Source of the DNA: Heptranchias perlo
Taxonomy: Eukaryota
Assembly (NCBI RefSeq): GCF_035084215.1
Contig: NC_090365.1
Location: forward strand, 6,202,001-6,266,000
DNA length: 64,000 nt
Direction: 5' to 3'
Below, one piece after another: positions 1-12,677 of this stretch. The first letter of the stretch is position 1, and every line of letters starts with the position of its first letter. Under the pieces are notes generated by a model. The model was given only the letters and a program-made list of their open reading frames with translations. It was not told the origin of the DNA and did not search any database. The position numbers were made by a program, and so were the translations under genes.

Positions 1-1542
1 TATTGCTGAATCTATGCAGAACCACAGAGAGTTTTGTGCTATGTGCCTGAAGTCTACTAGATATAAGGTTGAGGCTCAGACTACAGGCTTTCATGCCATC
101 AGATTAGGCTAGATCTGCACCCAGGTCCCAATAGTCAAAGGACAGACAGTGCCCCACTGTTACCTATTCGCCCCTATCCCCCCACAACACAACCATAAGT
201 CTTTTTACTGATCCATTACTTGCCAGAATTTTAAAATGTTACTATTAGTAATTTATGTCCAGAACCCAAGAGTCGATAGATAAAAAAAAATCAACTAATA
301 CATCTCCAAACATTCCCACTCCCCCTGTACCAAAGTGTGTGAAGGCACTAAGCCGTACAGACACAAAGATCCCAGCTTTGATTCCGGGTCTGTGGTGAAT
401 TAGCTGATCTCAGCCAGGGCAGCAGTTAGAATGCTACAACTGATAGTGGGACTACAGAAGGATACTTGGATAGGGAAGCATTTACACTTCCTGTTGAGCC
501 CACTTGGGTAAGGTGCCCTCGCCTATAGCACTGCACACTAGCAGGAATCAGCATTTTCAGGAAGGGAGAAAATTGGCAATAAGTGTCATTTAAGTAGAAG
601 ACTCTCAGTGAATGAGCCACCATCGACAGCAGATGCATTACTGTAAACCCAAGCACTTAGGATGCAATAAAATCTCACTGCCAGATTCTTTCAGATCTTA
701 GAAATTTCATATTTCAACATTTCCTGCAAATAACTGGCATACTTGTGGAATTTGGTTAATGTTACATAACTGGGTCTACCACAGTATGTCACATAACAGT
801 ACATTTGACTGCAAAGGAAGTTTAATAGGCACAAGCAGCAGACACCCACCTCTTCTAAGCATTACATCCCTCAAGAGGGATTCTTAACAAGGCATCTCTC
901 CTGGAACCTCCTGTACATTAGAACTAACTGAACAAATTTTAAAACAGAACTATTAATTACTGATGGTTGAGGTGTACAGTCCTGTTCAGAGGGGGCTTGA
1001 TTCAAATATGGCTTGTGGTCTATAGCTGGGTGTCAATCAGGAATATCTCATGGTGGCTCAGTTTACAATTACTTGGGGTGGGAGCAAAAAGAAAGGAATG
1101 ACAGCGAGGAACGCACACCTCCCATGTTAACAGCCCAGACAGCTCAGTGTGTTACTGCACCACGTGATATGGGCCAAATGTCGTAGTAAGATCCGATTCA
1201 GAGATGGCATCGTTAGTTGATCTTAACCAGAATGACAGTAAGAGTGCTGAAGTTGGCTTCAGCGCCTCTGGGGAAGGAGACACAGAGGAAAGGAGTTCCT
1301 GCTCTTGGTCACTATCTGGTGACCCCCTGCAGAAAAGTGAATGTGAACGCGCAGCAAGAATGGGATGCGAATCAACAACTATACTCATGACTGACTATGT
1401 TGCCAATGTCCACAGCCTAAGCTCTCATATGATGACCGGCCATTTGGGCGAGATGTCAGAGGCCTGACCGTATCTATGAAATTATACCCAGCACTTGCAG
1501 AAGAAGGGAGATAATTGGGGAAAGAAAAATCCCTTGACTCAC

Positions 1543-1629
1543 CTTTTCTAAGGATTTCAGCACGCCCTGTCGCTCCCTCAACTTCTGAATGCTCAGGGCT
1601 ATTTTGTGCCGTGCCCCCTTTGTGACATT
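1543..1629 (-). CDS. SAMD4B: SAMD4B coding exon 5 (SAM domain, C-terminal part), 87 nt; gene continues beyond the window
   Basis: Encodes [32 protein letters not shown] acceptor 1630-1632, GTGAGT donor 1537-1542, phase 0-0. Confidence 0.95.
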
Positions 1630-2309
1630 CTGCAGAACAAATTTTAAAAACATTTTAATAAGAAGTTGAATGTCCCTTTTTCTGTAATTTCTGTTTTTTT
1701 GGGCGAGATCAAAAAAGAAAGCTTCAGCATCAAACCTGAAGTCAAGTACCACTGACTAGGAGCCAAACCAAATCAGTGTGTTTAACTACATCAGTTGTTC
1801 CAGTTCCAGTATCCTGAGCCAGGGTGACAGTGTGCTACTACCATCACCCTTCGTTTCCCCAAGCCTTTTTTTTTTGGAGGGTGGGGGGGGGGGGGGGTGG
1901 AGGTGGAGAAAGGGGACAAAGAAGAAAACAGAAGAGGGGGAAAAAAGAATTAAACCAAATTCCCTTCTCCTGATTCCCATCCAATGTCCCCCTCTTTAGA
2001 AGCGTGCCTGGGTGGAGGTCAACGGAGGACAGAATTGGGCTCACGTGTGATAGTATCCAGGAGCACATAAGTATGGCCGCTTGGCTGAGGTACTGATAGC
2101 TGTACAACAGTATCCCACAACAAGTCATCTTCAGCAGAGATGGGGAGGGAAAAATAAAAAGCACAGCACGTTACTGAGAGTCACTACTGTCTTTCTCACT
2201 TGTGAAAAGAACTGAGTAATAGAAAGTCAAGGACACATTACACAGAAACTTCAAGAGGCACAAAACTATAAAATAATCATGTGGAATAGTTTAAAGATCA
2301 CCGTTAGAA

Positions 2310-2753
2310 ATTGCCTATTCAGCCCCACCCGCAGTCTCCTGCACAAGGACCTTACCCAGCACTCCGTCCTCGCTGACCTACACAAGCTCCCTGTTGCCCA
2401 ACGCATTGAACTTAAAATCCTCAGCTACAAATTCCATTACAGGCTCACTTCATCCTCCCTCTGTAAGGTCCATCCTCCCTCCAAGCTAATGGCTCCTCCA
2501 GTGCCTTCCCGTCCTCTGCCTCTGATCTCTCCTCCCCAACATCAATGGCGGAGCCCTCAACCGCCCCTGCCTTACTATCCGCAACCCCTCCACTTCTCTA
2601 ATTCTCTCCCTGCCGTCAAATTCTCTTCATCAAGCCTTAAGTCAGCTTGCTAACTTTCCACAACTTAGACTTTGCATCCATTCCTTTTCTCGTGAAACAT
2701 CTTGGGACATTTTCCACGTTAAAAAGGAGCTATATAATTGCAAATTGTTGTTT
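2310..2753 (+). mobile_element. Degenerate L2-type LINE 3' end
   Basis: VLADLHKLPVAQRIELKIL (L2 LHWLP motif) and a tail gctatataattgcaaattgttgttt. Confidence 0.7.
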
Positions 2754-3279
2754 ATGATACCATCCAAAACTCTCCATTACGTTGCAGTCTTGTAGCCACT
2801 CCCAGGTAGCCACCATTTCAATTTTTTAAGATTTAAAAAAAATGTTGACGACACCAAGTGCCTGAAACAAAAAAAGTGTTCCATTCTCCAATTTTGACAT
2901 CTCACCTTGATAAGCACAAAGTTACCACAGAAAAGTGATCTGAACTCTAGTTTATGGGGTGCTTTAATTCAGCTTTAGTATAGACAAGCAGCAATAATGA
3001 CTGCTACATAAAATAAATAGTTGGTAGCCCAACATAAAAATTCAGGACCCACTTACTGTCTACCTCCCTGGTTTACATGACAAAAAACAATGAACGTTAG
3101 CACTTGGGCATGTGGAGATAAGTGCACAGTCACCATAACCTATAACGGCAGCCCGTTGACTTTCCAACATTTGACGTTTAATAGCCAAACTATTTTGATT
3201 GCGTGCAAGGGGGCGACTATAGAATTCCCCCGTGTCATTTATAAACATTACTGTATAATAAACTGATTAAATGACAAAC

Positions 3280-3389
3280 CTGAGATTCCAGCTGGTGTTC
3301 GGTCAGGGTCATCATTTCCTCATAGGTTAGTTGAGAAAAGAGTGATGCGTATTTGTGTAGCCGAAGACTTTTTAACCAAGTGGGCACAT
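3280..3389 (-). CDS. SAMD4B: SAMD4B coding exon 4 (SAM domain, N-terminal part), 110 nt; absent from the ORF track
   Basis: Manual translation gives [37 protein letters not shown], including the Smaug SAM motif [13 protein letters not shown] acceptor 3390-3392 after a polypyrimidine tract, GTTTGT donor, phase 1-0. Confidence 0.95.
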
Positions 3390-3424
3390 CTGCAAAAAAA
3401 GAGGGAAGAGGGACTTCAGTTAAG

Positions 3425-3857
3425 TGGAGATACTAGAGAAGTTGGGGTTACTCTCCTTAGAGCAGAGAAGGTTAAGAGGAGATTTGAGAGAAGTGTTAAA
3501 AATCATGAAGGTTTTGATAAAAGTACACAAGAAGAAACTGTTTCCAGTGCCAGAAGGGTCGGTAACCAGAGGACACAGATTTAAGATTATTGATAAAAGA
3601 ACCAGAGGCGACATGAGAAAAAAAATTTTACGCAGCCAATTATGATGATCTGGAATGCATTGCCTGAAAGGGTAGTGGAAGCAGATTCAATCGTAACTTT
3701 TAAAAGGGAATTGGATAAATACTGGAAGGGAAAAAATTTGTAGGGCTATCGGGAAAGAGCAGGGGAGTAGGACTAATTGGCCAGCTCTTCCAAAGAGCCG
3801 GCATAGGCACGAAGGGCCAAATGGCCTCATTCTGTGCTATATCATTCTATGTTTCTA
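3425..3857 (+). mobile_element. CR1 LINE 3' fragment
   Basis: LEKLGLLSLEQRRLRGDL...SVTRGHRFK, with a 3' UTR ending tctgtgctatatcattctatg. Confidence 0.85.
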
Positions 3858-5494
3858 GGATAGAGAAACTGAATCAGTTACAGAAACATGGAGCCACAGC
3901 AGTAATTCATGGTCTGCTTTACAGTACGACATTCCAGTGACAGACATTCGATAATAAATAATTCAATGTCATACATTGTATAATATGACAATTATAGTTA
4001 TACAACAGACTTAGAAATGCCAGTGACCAATTTGGGTAATCACGCAATGAACCTGCAGTGGTCATAATTATTATTCACCCGTGTTGCAGTCAAGATCATC
4101 CATAAACAGCCATAGTCACATTGCATCCATATGCTACATAGCACTAGAATATAGCTTGACTGCTGTTCATCTCCAGTGATTTTTTGACAACTGACATCAA
4201 CCTCCAGAAAGAATTCATAATCTCAAATATGCCAATGGAACAGCCACCTAACAGATCCAGATTCTTTCCCACAGGGAGAGGGAGAATGGGAAAATGAGTC
4301 ACCCAAGGCACTTCCCACAGACCTAACGACTGGATAGAGAAGAACTGGTGTCTTGGTCGGGGATATAGTGTGTGGGGAAAGCAAAACAAGAAAGGGAATG
4401 ACAGAAAGAGCAAACAAGAGATGTGGATTTGAAGCCAGGTCCCAGAGGCAAAATTAGTTTGTAATTACTTCTAATTCAGTTCTCCAACAAAAGCAATCAC
4501 AGAGCTACCAATATAAACCATAAAGATCAAGAGATAAGTATGGATGAGGGTTCCATAGAACCCTACAGCCCCCATCACAGCCCTTAACAGCCTCTTGATT
4601 CATTCCTGAGTTTTTGCCTCCACTTCCCTACTTGGAAGACTATTCAAGGTACTGACCAAGTTCAGGAAGCGATTCTTCAGGCACACCATGATGTTTTCTA
4701 TTTTACTGTGCCCTTATCCTCCAGTTGAGGTTTAATTTAAAACTAGTTCCACTACTTCTCCTGACGTTCCTATCCCTTTACCATCTCCTTACTCTGTAAT
4801 CATGGTTTAACTAGCACCACCACAAACATGAGGCAGGCAAGAGAGAAACCGCATCTTCCGACTCAGCGAGCAATAGCACAAGAGATCTAGTAGCAATGTA
4901 AAATGTTCTTAAGAAAAGGCTATTAGACCCAAATAAACCAGTCTCAGATGGATTAACTTATTCGCCTTCTCTCCATAATCCCTTTATCTCTTCAGAAATA
5001 TTCGTGGTGCTTTAAACCCACATATACTGTCTGCCACAACGTGATTACCCCTTCAGTGAAAAAGTTCTCCTCGACTTCCCTCCTGATTTCCTCATTTTTA
5101 ACCAGTGTCCCCTGGGATTAGAACCCTTCACTTGGAACAATTCGTCCGGATCAGCTTAAGTCAATTCTCTTCATAAACTCGAAAACTTAAATTGGGTAGT
5201 ATTAAATTCTCTACTTTTTAAAAAAGAAAACAAACTCAATTCTTTTAACATTCCTCAATTTAAATTCTTGATATATGGAATTATTGCTGCTCACTAGGGG
5301 AGCATACAGTAGTCCTTTTATTGCTGTCTATTTGCTTGTAATACAATGGATTCTTACACAACAGCAGAACATTATGTACCTTACACTGCAACATGTATTC
5401 GTTAACTCAGACCAAGTCCTACCTAAGATAAACCATTATTCACACAGAAACTCACTGCAATATAAAATACAAGTGATTATTGTAGATGATCACC

Positions 5495-6380
5495 AGTTAG
5501 GAGCCACAGTAAGTTGTGTGGATGGGAGCAGGAACTTAAAAGGGATACAGACAGGTTAAGTGCGTGGGCAAAACTATGGCTGATGGAGTTCAAATGTGGG
5601 CAAGTGTGAGGCCATCTACTTTGGATCCAAGAAAATCACATTGGAATATTTTCTTAATGGCGAGAGATTAGGAAGTGTGTCGGAGCAAAGGGTGTCCATG
5701 CACACAAATCATTAAAAACTAGCGCACGGGTACAAAAAGTAATGAAAAAGGCTAATGGAATGTTGGCCATTATCTCAAGGGGGCTGAAATACAAAAGGAA
5801 GGAAGCTGTGCCTCAATTATTCAGACCCTACCTTAAGTACTGCACTAAGTTTTGGGCACTGTACCTCAGGAAAGATATATTGGTGTTGGAAGGGGTATAG
5901 TGCAGATTCACCAGAATGACACCAGGGCTTAAATTAGGAGGACAGGGTGCATAAACTTGGCTTGTATTCCCTTGAGTTTAGAAGATTGCGGAGTGATCTA
6001 AATCAAAGTGTTTAAAATGATTAAGGGATTTGATAGTTTCTCCATATCTACCCTATTTCCTCTGGTGGAGGAATCCAGAACAAGGGGGCACAATCTTAAA
6101 ATTAGAGCTATGACATTTGAGTGAAATCAGGAAGCACTTCTTCACACAAAGGGTAGTGGAAATCTTGAATTTCCTCCTCCAAAAGGCTGTGGATTCTGGG
6201 TCAATTGAAATGTTCATGACTGAGAGCGTCAGATTGCTTTTTTTTTTATTATTAGGTAAGGGTGTCAAGTGATATGGATTAACACAGGTAAAAGGATTTG
6301 AGGCACAGATAGATCAGCCATGATCTAATTGAATGGCGGAATGGGTTCAAGAAGATGAATGGCCTCCTCCTGTTCCTATC
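5495..6380 (+). mobile_element. Degenerate CR1 LINE 3' part
   Basis: Decayed copy of the CR1 RT C-terminus and 3' UTR, ending ...gaatggcctcctcctgttcctat. Confidence 0.8.
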
Positions 6381-9300
6381 ACAGCCCACTTGAGTTAGCC
6401 TTTTACCCAAAATTTTAGTTCAGAACTTTTCTCCCCTTTGCTGTGACCTGGCAACATCCACCATTCATTGAGCTGAGAGAACATACAGATAACCCCTGCC
6501 TGGGCTTCCCTTGATGCCACTCTGCAATCAGCTACTAGGAAGAGACAGAAAATGCCCTGGTATAACTTCCTCTGATTTTTCCTCCTTTATATGAAAGGGG
6601 AGAGAAGAGAAGTGAAGACAAAATTGTAGGATGTGTCTAGCCACTTCTGATGAGGAGACTGAGAAAAGCAACCCGTCAGTGAGGAACTCAAAACCTTAAT
6701 ACCAACTCATGGAAACTCCACTGTTCCATCCCACCTAGCTAATACATCAACACTTTTTGTACATTGCTGAATTTCATTACATATTTTCATAATAGTTGAT
6801 TACTCCAAACATCGTGAAATGTATCCTCTAAATGTGGCTACAATTCATTGAGATTCCATTTCTGACCAATTAACGTCAGCAAAATGGCAGTTGCTGAAAG
6901 TCTCAGAATTTAACGCTGGCTACCAGACTGAGACCAACGTCAGTCTGATCATCAAATGACTGAACTGACCAGTCAATGAATATACTGTATTGCGTTCCCA
7001 TATACCTTCGAGAGTAAGCCACAGACTACTCTCATAGACCACCTAGCACTGGCCAGACAGAAGCAATAACAGAAGCCTGGCAGCAGTCCAAATCTCTAGC
7101 ATGGGGAAAAGTGTGCAGTGTAAGTGGAAACTAAAGCAGAGAAAGGAACAACCTAGAACAGCACAAATAATTAAAAGAAAATCTTTGATCAGCTTCTTTA
7201 TTCTGAATATCTAGATTCTCACGATTTGCCAGAGAAAGCAATATCACCACCAAGATTTCAGAAATGTGTAATGATGGGTGCATGAATTTTTCATACCATG
7301 TCATCCTGAACAGTGAAAAACAAAAAACAGTACAATTATAGAATGCATCCTTCCAATCTAGGCGTGTCTGGAGTATTTGGACCTATATAGCACTAAGGGG
7401 TTACATGTCTATCACTATGTCGAGAGTAATTTGGATATGATTAATTAAGAGCACAGCACACTGTATACTGGCTTAATTCCATTTCTTACTGTAATATGTT
7501 GGCACCAATCCACTAAATAAGCTTAGTGACAACACTGGGAGGTTTGAACGATGAACCAGATCTTGTTCTGGCCTGGTTCTATCTATTCAGCACTTTGTTT
7601 AAGGAGTGACATGGTTAAACATTTCCTACACCGAGTGAAACAAAATCATCAGTTTGTGTGAAACTAATTAGAAAATTCCTAACACACTTATTGTCGAGGG
7701 ACCAGAGATAAATGAACAATCTGTTGATGTTACCACTGACATTACTGATGCTATATAAAGGCAACTAAGTTCTATAGGCCTGAGACAGTAGAGTGGGCGG
7801 AGCAGAGGATAAAAAAAAATCACAGGATGTGGGAATACTTTTCCATTTACGAAGCACCATTTCTTGGGTCATATTACAAGGCAACACATCAGGAGGTTTT
7901 AAATGATGTCATAAACCAAGCATGCAAGGCTTCAGCAATTACAGATGTCATCTGAGCACATGGATAGGTTACTATCTTGTAACACACCCCCAAGCATTTA
8001 TAGTACACACAGTATTAGACATCAAATGCATACAATTCGAGGAAGAAATGTAGACTGAGGGACTGAAATGGATGGAACGAAATTGCATGCATCTAACTCA
8101 CACCAAAATAATCCAAGTTATTTCCATCAGATATTAGAAAAATAATGTTACTTACACACATCCAGTTTAATTAAAAACACCCTCCCTGATGTCATTCGTT
8201 GTGCCCCCCACACTGCTCATTTCCTGGGCATTATCTACATAAAGAACGGGCACTTGGTTGAGGTAGCGGAGATCAGCAACCACCAGCATAAGTCGCCTTC
8301 TTTGTGGGAGGGGGAAATGCTTGGACAACATTTTCTTTCCCCTTGAAATATAGAAGACGCTTTTTCTCTAGTCCTCAACAGATGCAATTGTGTCCAAAAC
8401 CGAAATAAACAAAAACAGTGTAAGAGCACCCTGCATAGGATGCAAAAAAAACCCCAAGAATGTCTAAGGGCATGTGATTGTCCCAACAGCTTTAAACGCA
8501 AACTACAGAGACGACAATCACACACGGTCCCTGCTCATTGACCACTACTGGAAAGGAAAGATCAAGATCTGGCTCTGTTGTGATTTCCCTCTCCCCTGGT
8601 CAAATAGCCTGCCATCACTCCATCTAGGCTCATCAACAAAGAATAACCACTCAGGTATCAGAGGGCAACACCCATGATGTCGTATTACAACAAGTTATCA
8701 ATTTCAGGGTAAAGACTTTTTGATGAGAAGTTAAACAGAGGCCAAATCTGCCTGGTCCAGGAGGATTATTCGAACTCCCCATTTCCTAGCAACATTCCTC
8801 CATCAACCAATTCCATCCCAGATAAATTAACAGGTCACTTATCTCACTGCTGCCTGTGGGATTTTGTTGTGTACCAGATGGCTGCCACATTTACCTGCAG
8901 AAGTCATTGCATTTCTAAGTAATTTATTGTGATGAAGTGACGAGACATTTTTGGGAAATGTGATAGATGCTACAAATGCAAGTCTTTCGGTCTAAGAAGT
9001 AGCTGTAACTTCAAAAGTAGTTTCTTTAAGGGCTCACTTGAGAGAACAGTATTCTCAGAGCTTCTAGCATCAGTGAAGTTCACCAGCACATGCTAATGTT
9101 TCCATTTACTGCTTTGGAAAAAATATTGAAAAAAGTTCTTGCTACCAAATAATGTATTTTATTGCTAAAATACACGGGAAAACTAAAAAGGTCAACAATG
9201 GAATATTTTTCAATTACTATAAACTATTCCAACGTGTTTTACTAGTTATTGATCAAAGGAGATGTGTGTTACTGTCTTTCCTGCACACTGATAAAGGCAA

Positions 9301-9935
9301 TAAAATGAAGACCAGTATGCTAGCAAGGCGTAAGGGCTAATTTCAGAATGAAGGATTATAAGTCATCTGTGCACAATCAATAGTGTCCCCTTCTCAGAGC
9401 AAATTAAAAATATTCAGTGTGGAACAGTCTAGGCGAAATGATAAAACAAAGTTAAAATCCTGCAGGAAGGTATTTCCTTTCAAAAGCTGTGTTTGGTCTT
9501 GAAGGTGACCACTTTGACAAGAAAATTAACATTCTCAGGCACAGGAAAAAGTCATTAGGCTAAACAATCCTGCCCCCTTTTACACAAATCAAATGCAACT
9601 ACCCAGCTCATTAGCTGCCTTAGACAGGTGCTTGCACTGCTCTGTTCCTGACACATTGGGCTTGTGTAACCAGCAGCAACCCCAATGCAAACTGGTCACG
9701 TTCAACAAGACTAGCCATCAGGAAAATCTGTTTTTTAAAAAAAACCCTAATTTTTACTGCCTGCTCCAATGTCCTTCCCTATAACTAATTCCACAAGTCT
9801 GGGTGAAAAATGTCTACCTACCTCTCATCTTACTCCTTACTTCCTAATCTTTATGAAGACTTTATTCTACTTTCAGCCTAAACTCTGTAGTGCAATCACA
9901 TTTTCTGAGCCAATAACCTAGTCATTGTCTCTTAC

Positions 9936-10202
9936 CTTTCATTCCACTCCCCTCCTCCTGAAATGTGTTTCGACTTGACCCCTGCTCCTCTGTCTGCTCA
10001 CTGCCGCCACTCCCAGAGGAGGCTATGCTGCTCTGCGGGGAGAGTGGTGCATGGTCTGATGGGGCGTAGACTGCCCTGGTACGCAGGTCGTCTGGAGACA
10101 TCCACTCGCTGACCACAGACTGGTTTGTTATATTGATCGGTGGGGTGAGGGAAACTGAGCGCTTCAGAGGACTGTGGTTGGTTTGGGTTTGGCCTTGGAG
10201 AA
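9936..10202 (-). CDS. SAMD4B: SAMD4B coding exon 3, 267 nt
   Basis: Encodes [12 protein letters not shown]...[43 protein letters not shown] acceptor 10203-10205, GTAAG donor 9931-9935, phase 1-1. Confidence 0.94.
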
Positions 10203-11684
10203 CTGAAAATAAAAAAAATGGTACATGAATTTATTTGAAAAATTAAAATAAAGTAACCTGCCCCCTTCTACAACAAATAGAGTGGGCAAAACCAAAAAAT
10301 ACTGAAAAGATGGGTTTCAGGTGTTCAGTCCTGGTCAGTCCTACAAAAGAGTCCCTCGGCCCCCCAGTCTGACTGGGTTGCAAAATGTTAACCTCTCTTT
10401 TTCTCGGTTGCTAATTGACATTGCTGTGCATCTCCAGTATTTGCAGTTTTTTGTAATGTGAACACTTAAGGGACTTGTATCAGTCTGAATGGGTAATGGA
10501 TGTGCTCCATCTGCAGCTGGAGAAACACAAGCAGTGTGAGGGCCCCCTTCATGAGCTGTCCCCTCCTGCAAGAGAGTCTAGTGCCAAAAGGTAAACACTG
10601 AGCTCCTGATAGCGCACTAGTTAATTCTAGAAACCAGATTATACTCCGTCCCCACGAACATCATCCCTAATGTTCTTCTCCAAACTTTGGCCAACTTAAG
10701 CCAAAGCACAACCCCATGCCATGTGCAGTGCAATTTTAAGCATAGAGGGATCTTCAAGAATCTCAACATGTCTGCCCTGAGATCTGAAATATATGACTCA
10801 AAGCATAAAAACTTTACACAACAAACTTTAAAAAAAAACAGCCCCTTTATGTACACACAATCGAATAAGTTATGATTCCATGGTTTAAATGTGTAGATGT
10901 ATGATCCTTAGAATGCACATGTACAAGAAAGCTATTATAAAGCAGACTCTAATCACTTTTACATTTTTCAATATCAGAATTCAAAAGTTATAAATAGGAA
11001 AAGCATCTTACTTTCCACTTTCAAAAAACATTGAGGTCTAAATTTAACAGCAGGTCTAACTAAAAATGGGATTTTCCATTTAACAGATACTCAGCTACAT
11101 TAGAACTAAGAGCAGTTTATGGACAATGGATTGTAGCCAGTGAATAATGAAACAGTAAACTGAACACCAATTAACAGATCAGCATTTACAAAGGCTAGAA
11201 TGGGCAAAATTAATCCAGTGCTGGAGCATGTATTGTTGACACAGACTGGAAACTTGCACAAGGATGGATTTGCCTTGTTGCAATAGCACAGGCCTCTCAT
11301 ATATAAATAGCAAACACCAGAGATCGTATTCACGCTAAGTATATTAAGTCCATGTTGCCTATTTCCCGGCTCCATCCTTTCTACGACTCTACCTGGGTTA
11401 AGGTTTAATGGGTACCATCAATCCTCTGATACATCACTCCAGGGATCATTCTTCATGAGCACGAGTGTACGTCAGTAAACTATCCGACAGTTGGGGCAAA
11501 CATCCACGCATGTACAGTCTGACAGGAGTTAATGGATAATGATCAGGAGCAGGAACCTGGTTAATTTTCTACCTCCGTTGCTTCCCTGACTGAGATCAGC
11601 TAAGAGTGACCGGAAGCTTTGCATTACTTTTTTTGAAAAATAATTTCTTCTTTTCTCTCCCTAGGTTTTCCTATCTTTCACATC

Positions 11685-12677
11685 GTCTTGGGGCCTCAAT
11701 TATTCACAATATTTATTAACGACTTAGATGAAGGCATAGAAAGTCTCATATCTAAGTTTGCCGATGACACAAAGATTGGTGGCATTGTAAGCAGTGTAGA
11801 TGAAAACATAAAATTACAAAGCGATATTGATAGATTAGGTGAATGGGCAAAACTGTGACAAATGGAATTCAATGTAGACATGTGAGGTCATCCACTTTGG
11901 ATCAAAAAAGGATAGATTAGGGTACTTTCTAAATGGTAAAAAGTTAAAAACAGTGGATGTCCAAAGGGACTTAGGGGTTCAGGTACATAGATCATTGAAG
12001 TGTCATGAATAGGTGCAGAAAATAATCAAGAAGGCAAATGGAATGCTGGCCTTTATATCTAGAGGGCTGGAGTACAAGGGGGCAGAAGTTATGCTGCAGC
12101 TATACAAAACCCTGGTTAGACCACACCTGGAGTACTGTGAGCAGTTCTGGGCACCGCACCTTCGGATGGACATATTGGTCTTGGAGGGAGTGCAGCGTAG
12201 GTTTACTAGAATGATACTCGGACTTCAAGGGTTAAGTTACGAGGAGAGATTACACAAATTGGGGTTGTATTCTCTAGAGTTTCGAAGGTTAAGGGGTGAT
12301 CTGATCGAAGTTTATAAGATATTACGGGGAACCGATAGGGTAGATAGAGAGAAACTATTTCCGCTGGTTGGGGATTCTAGGAGTAGGGGGCACAGTCTTC
12401 AAATTAGAGCCAGACCTTTCAGGAGTGAGATTAGAAAACATTTCTACACACAAAGGGTGGTAGAAGTTTGGAACTCTCTTCTGAAAACGGCAATTGATAC
12501 CAGCTCAATTGCTAAATTTAAAATGAGAGATAGATAGCTTTTTGGCAACCAAAGGTGTTAAGGGATATGGGCTAAAGGCAGGTAGATGGAGTTAGATCAC
12601 AGATCAACCATGATCTTATCAAATGGCGGAGCAGGCACGAGGGGCTGAATGGCCTGCTCCTGTTCCTATGTTCCTAT
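11685..12677 (+). mobile_element. CR1 LINE, 3' part
   Basis: KFADDTKIGG, LYKTLVRPHLEYC, RRLRGDLIEVYK; 3' UTR ends in a (TGTTCCTA)2 tail. Confidence 0.93.

Noticed and set aside
1152..1467. Next SAMD4B exon (PHAT region) in ORFs 1152-1388 and 1204-1467
   Set aside because: The sequence is a decayed LF-SINE-like copy; the expected D.LEGG.L...LQEL exon was not found in 1-1540.
10393..10565. Extra SAMD4B exon upstream of exon 3 (ctctcttgcAG acceptor; ORF 10341-10571)
   Set aside because: Stops after five codons in the phase-1 frame, has a weak donor (GTTAAC), and shows no similarity to SAMD4 proteins.
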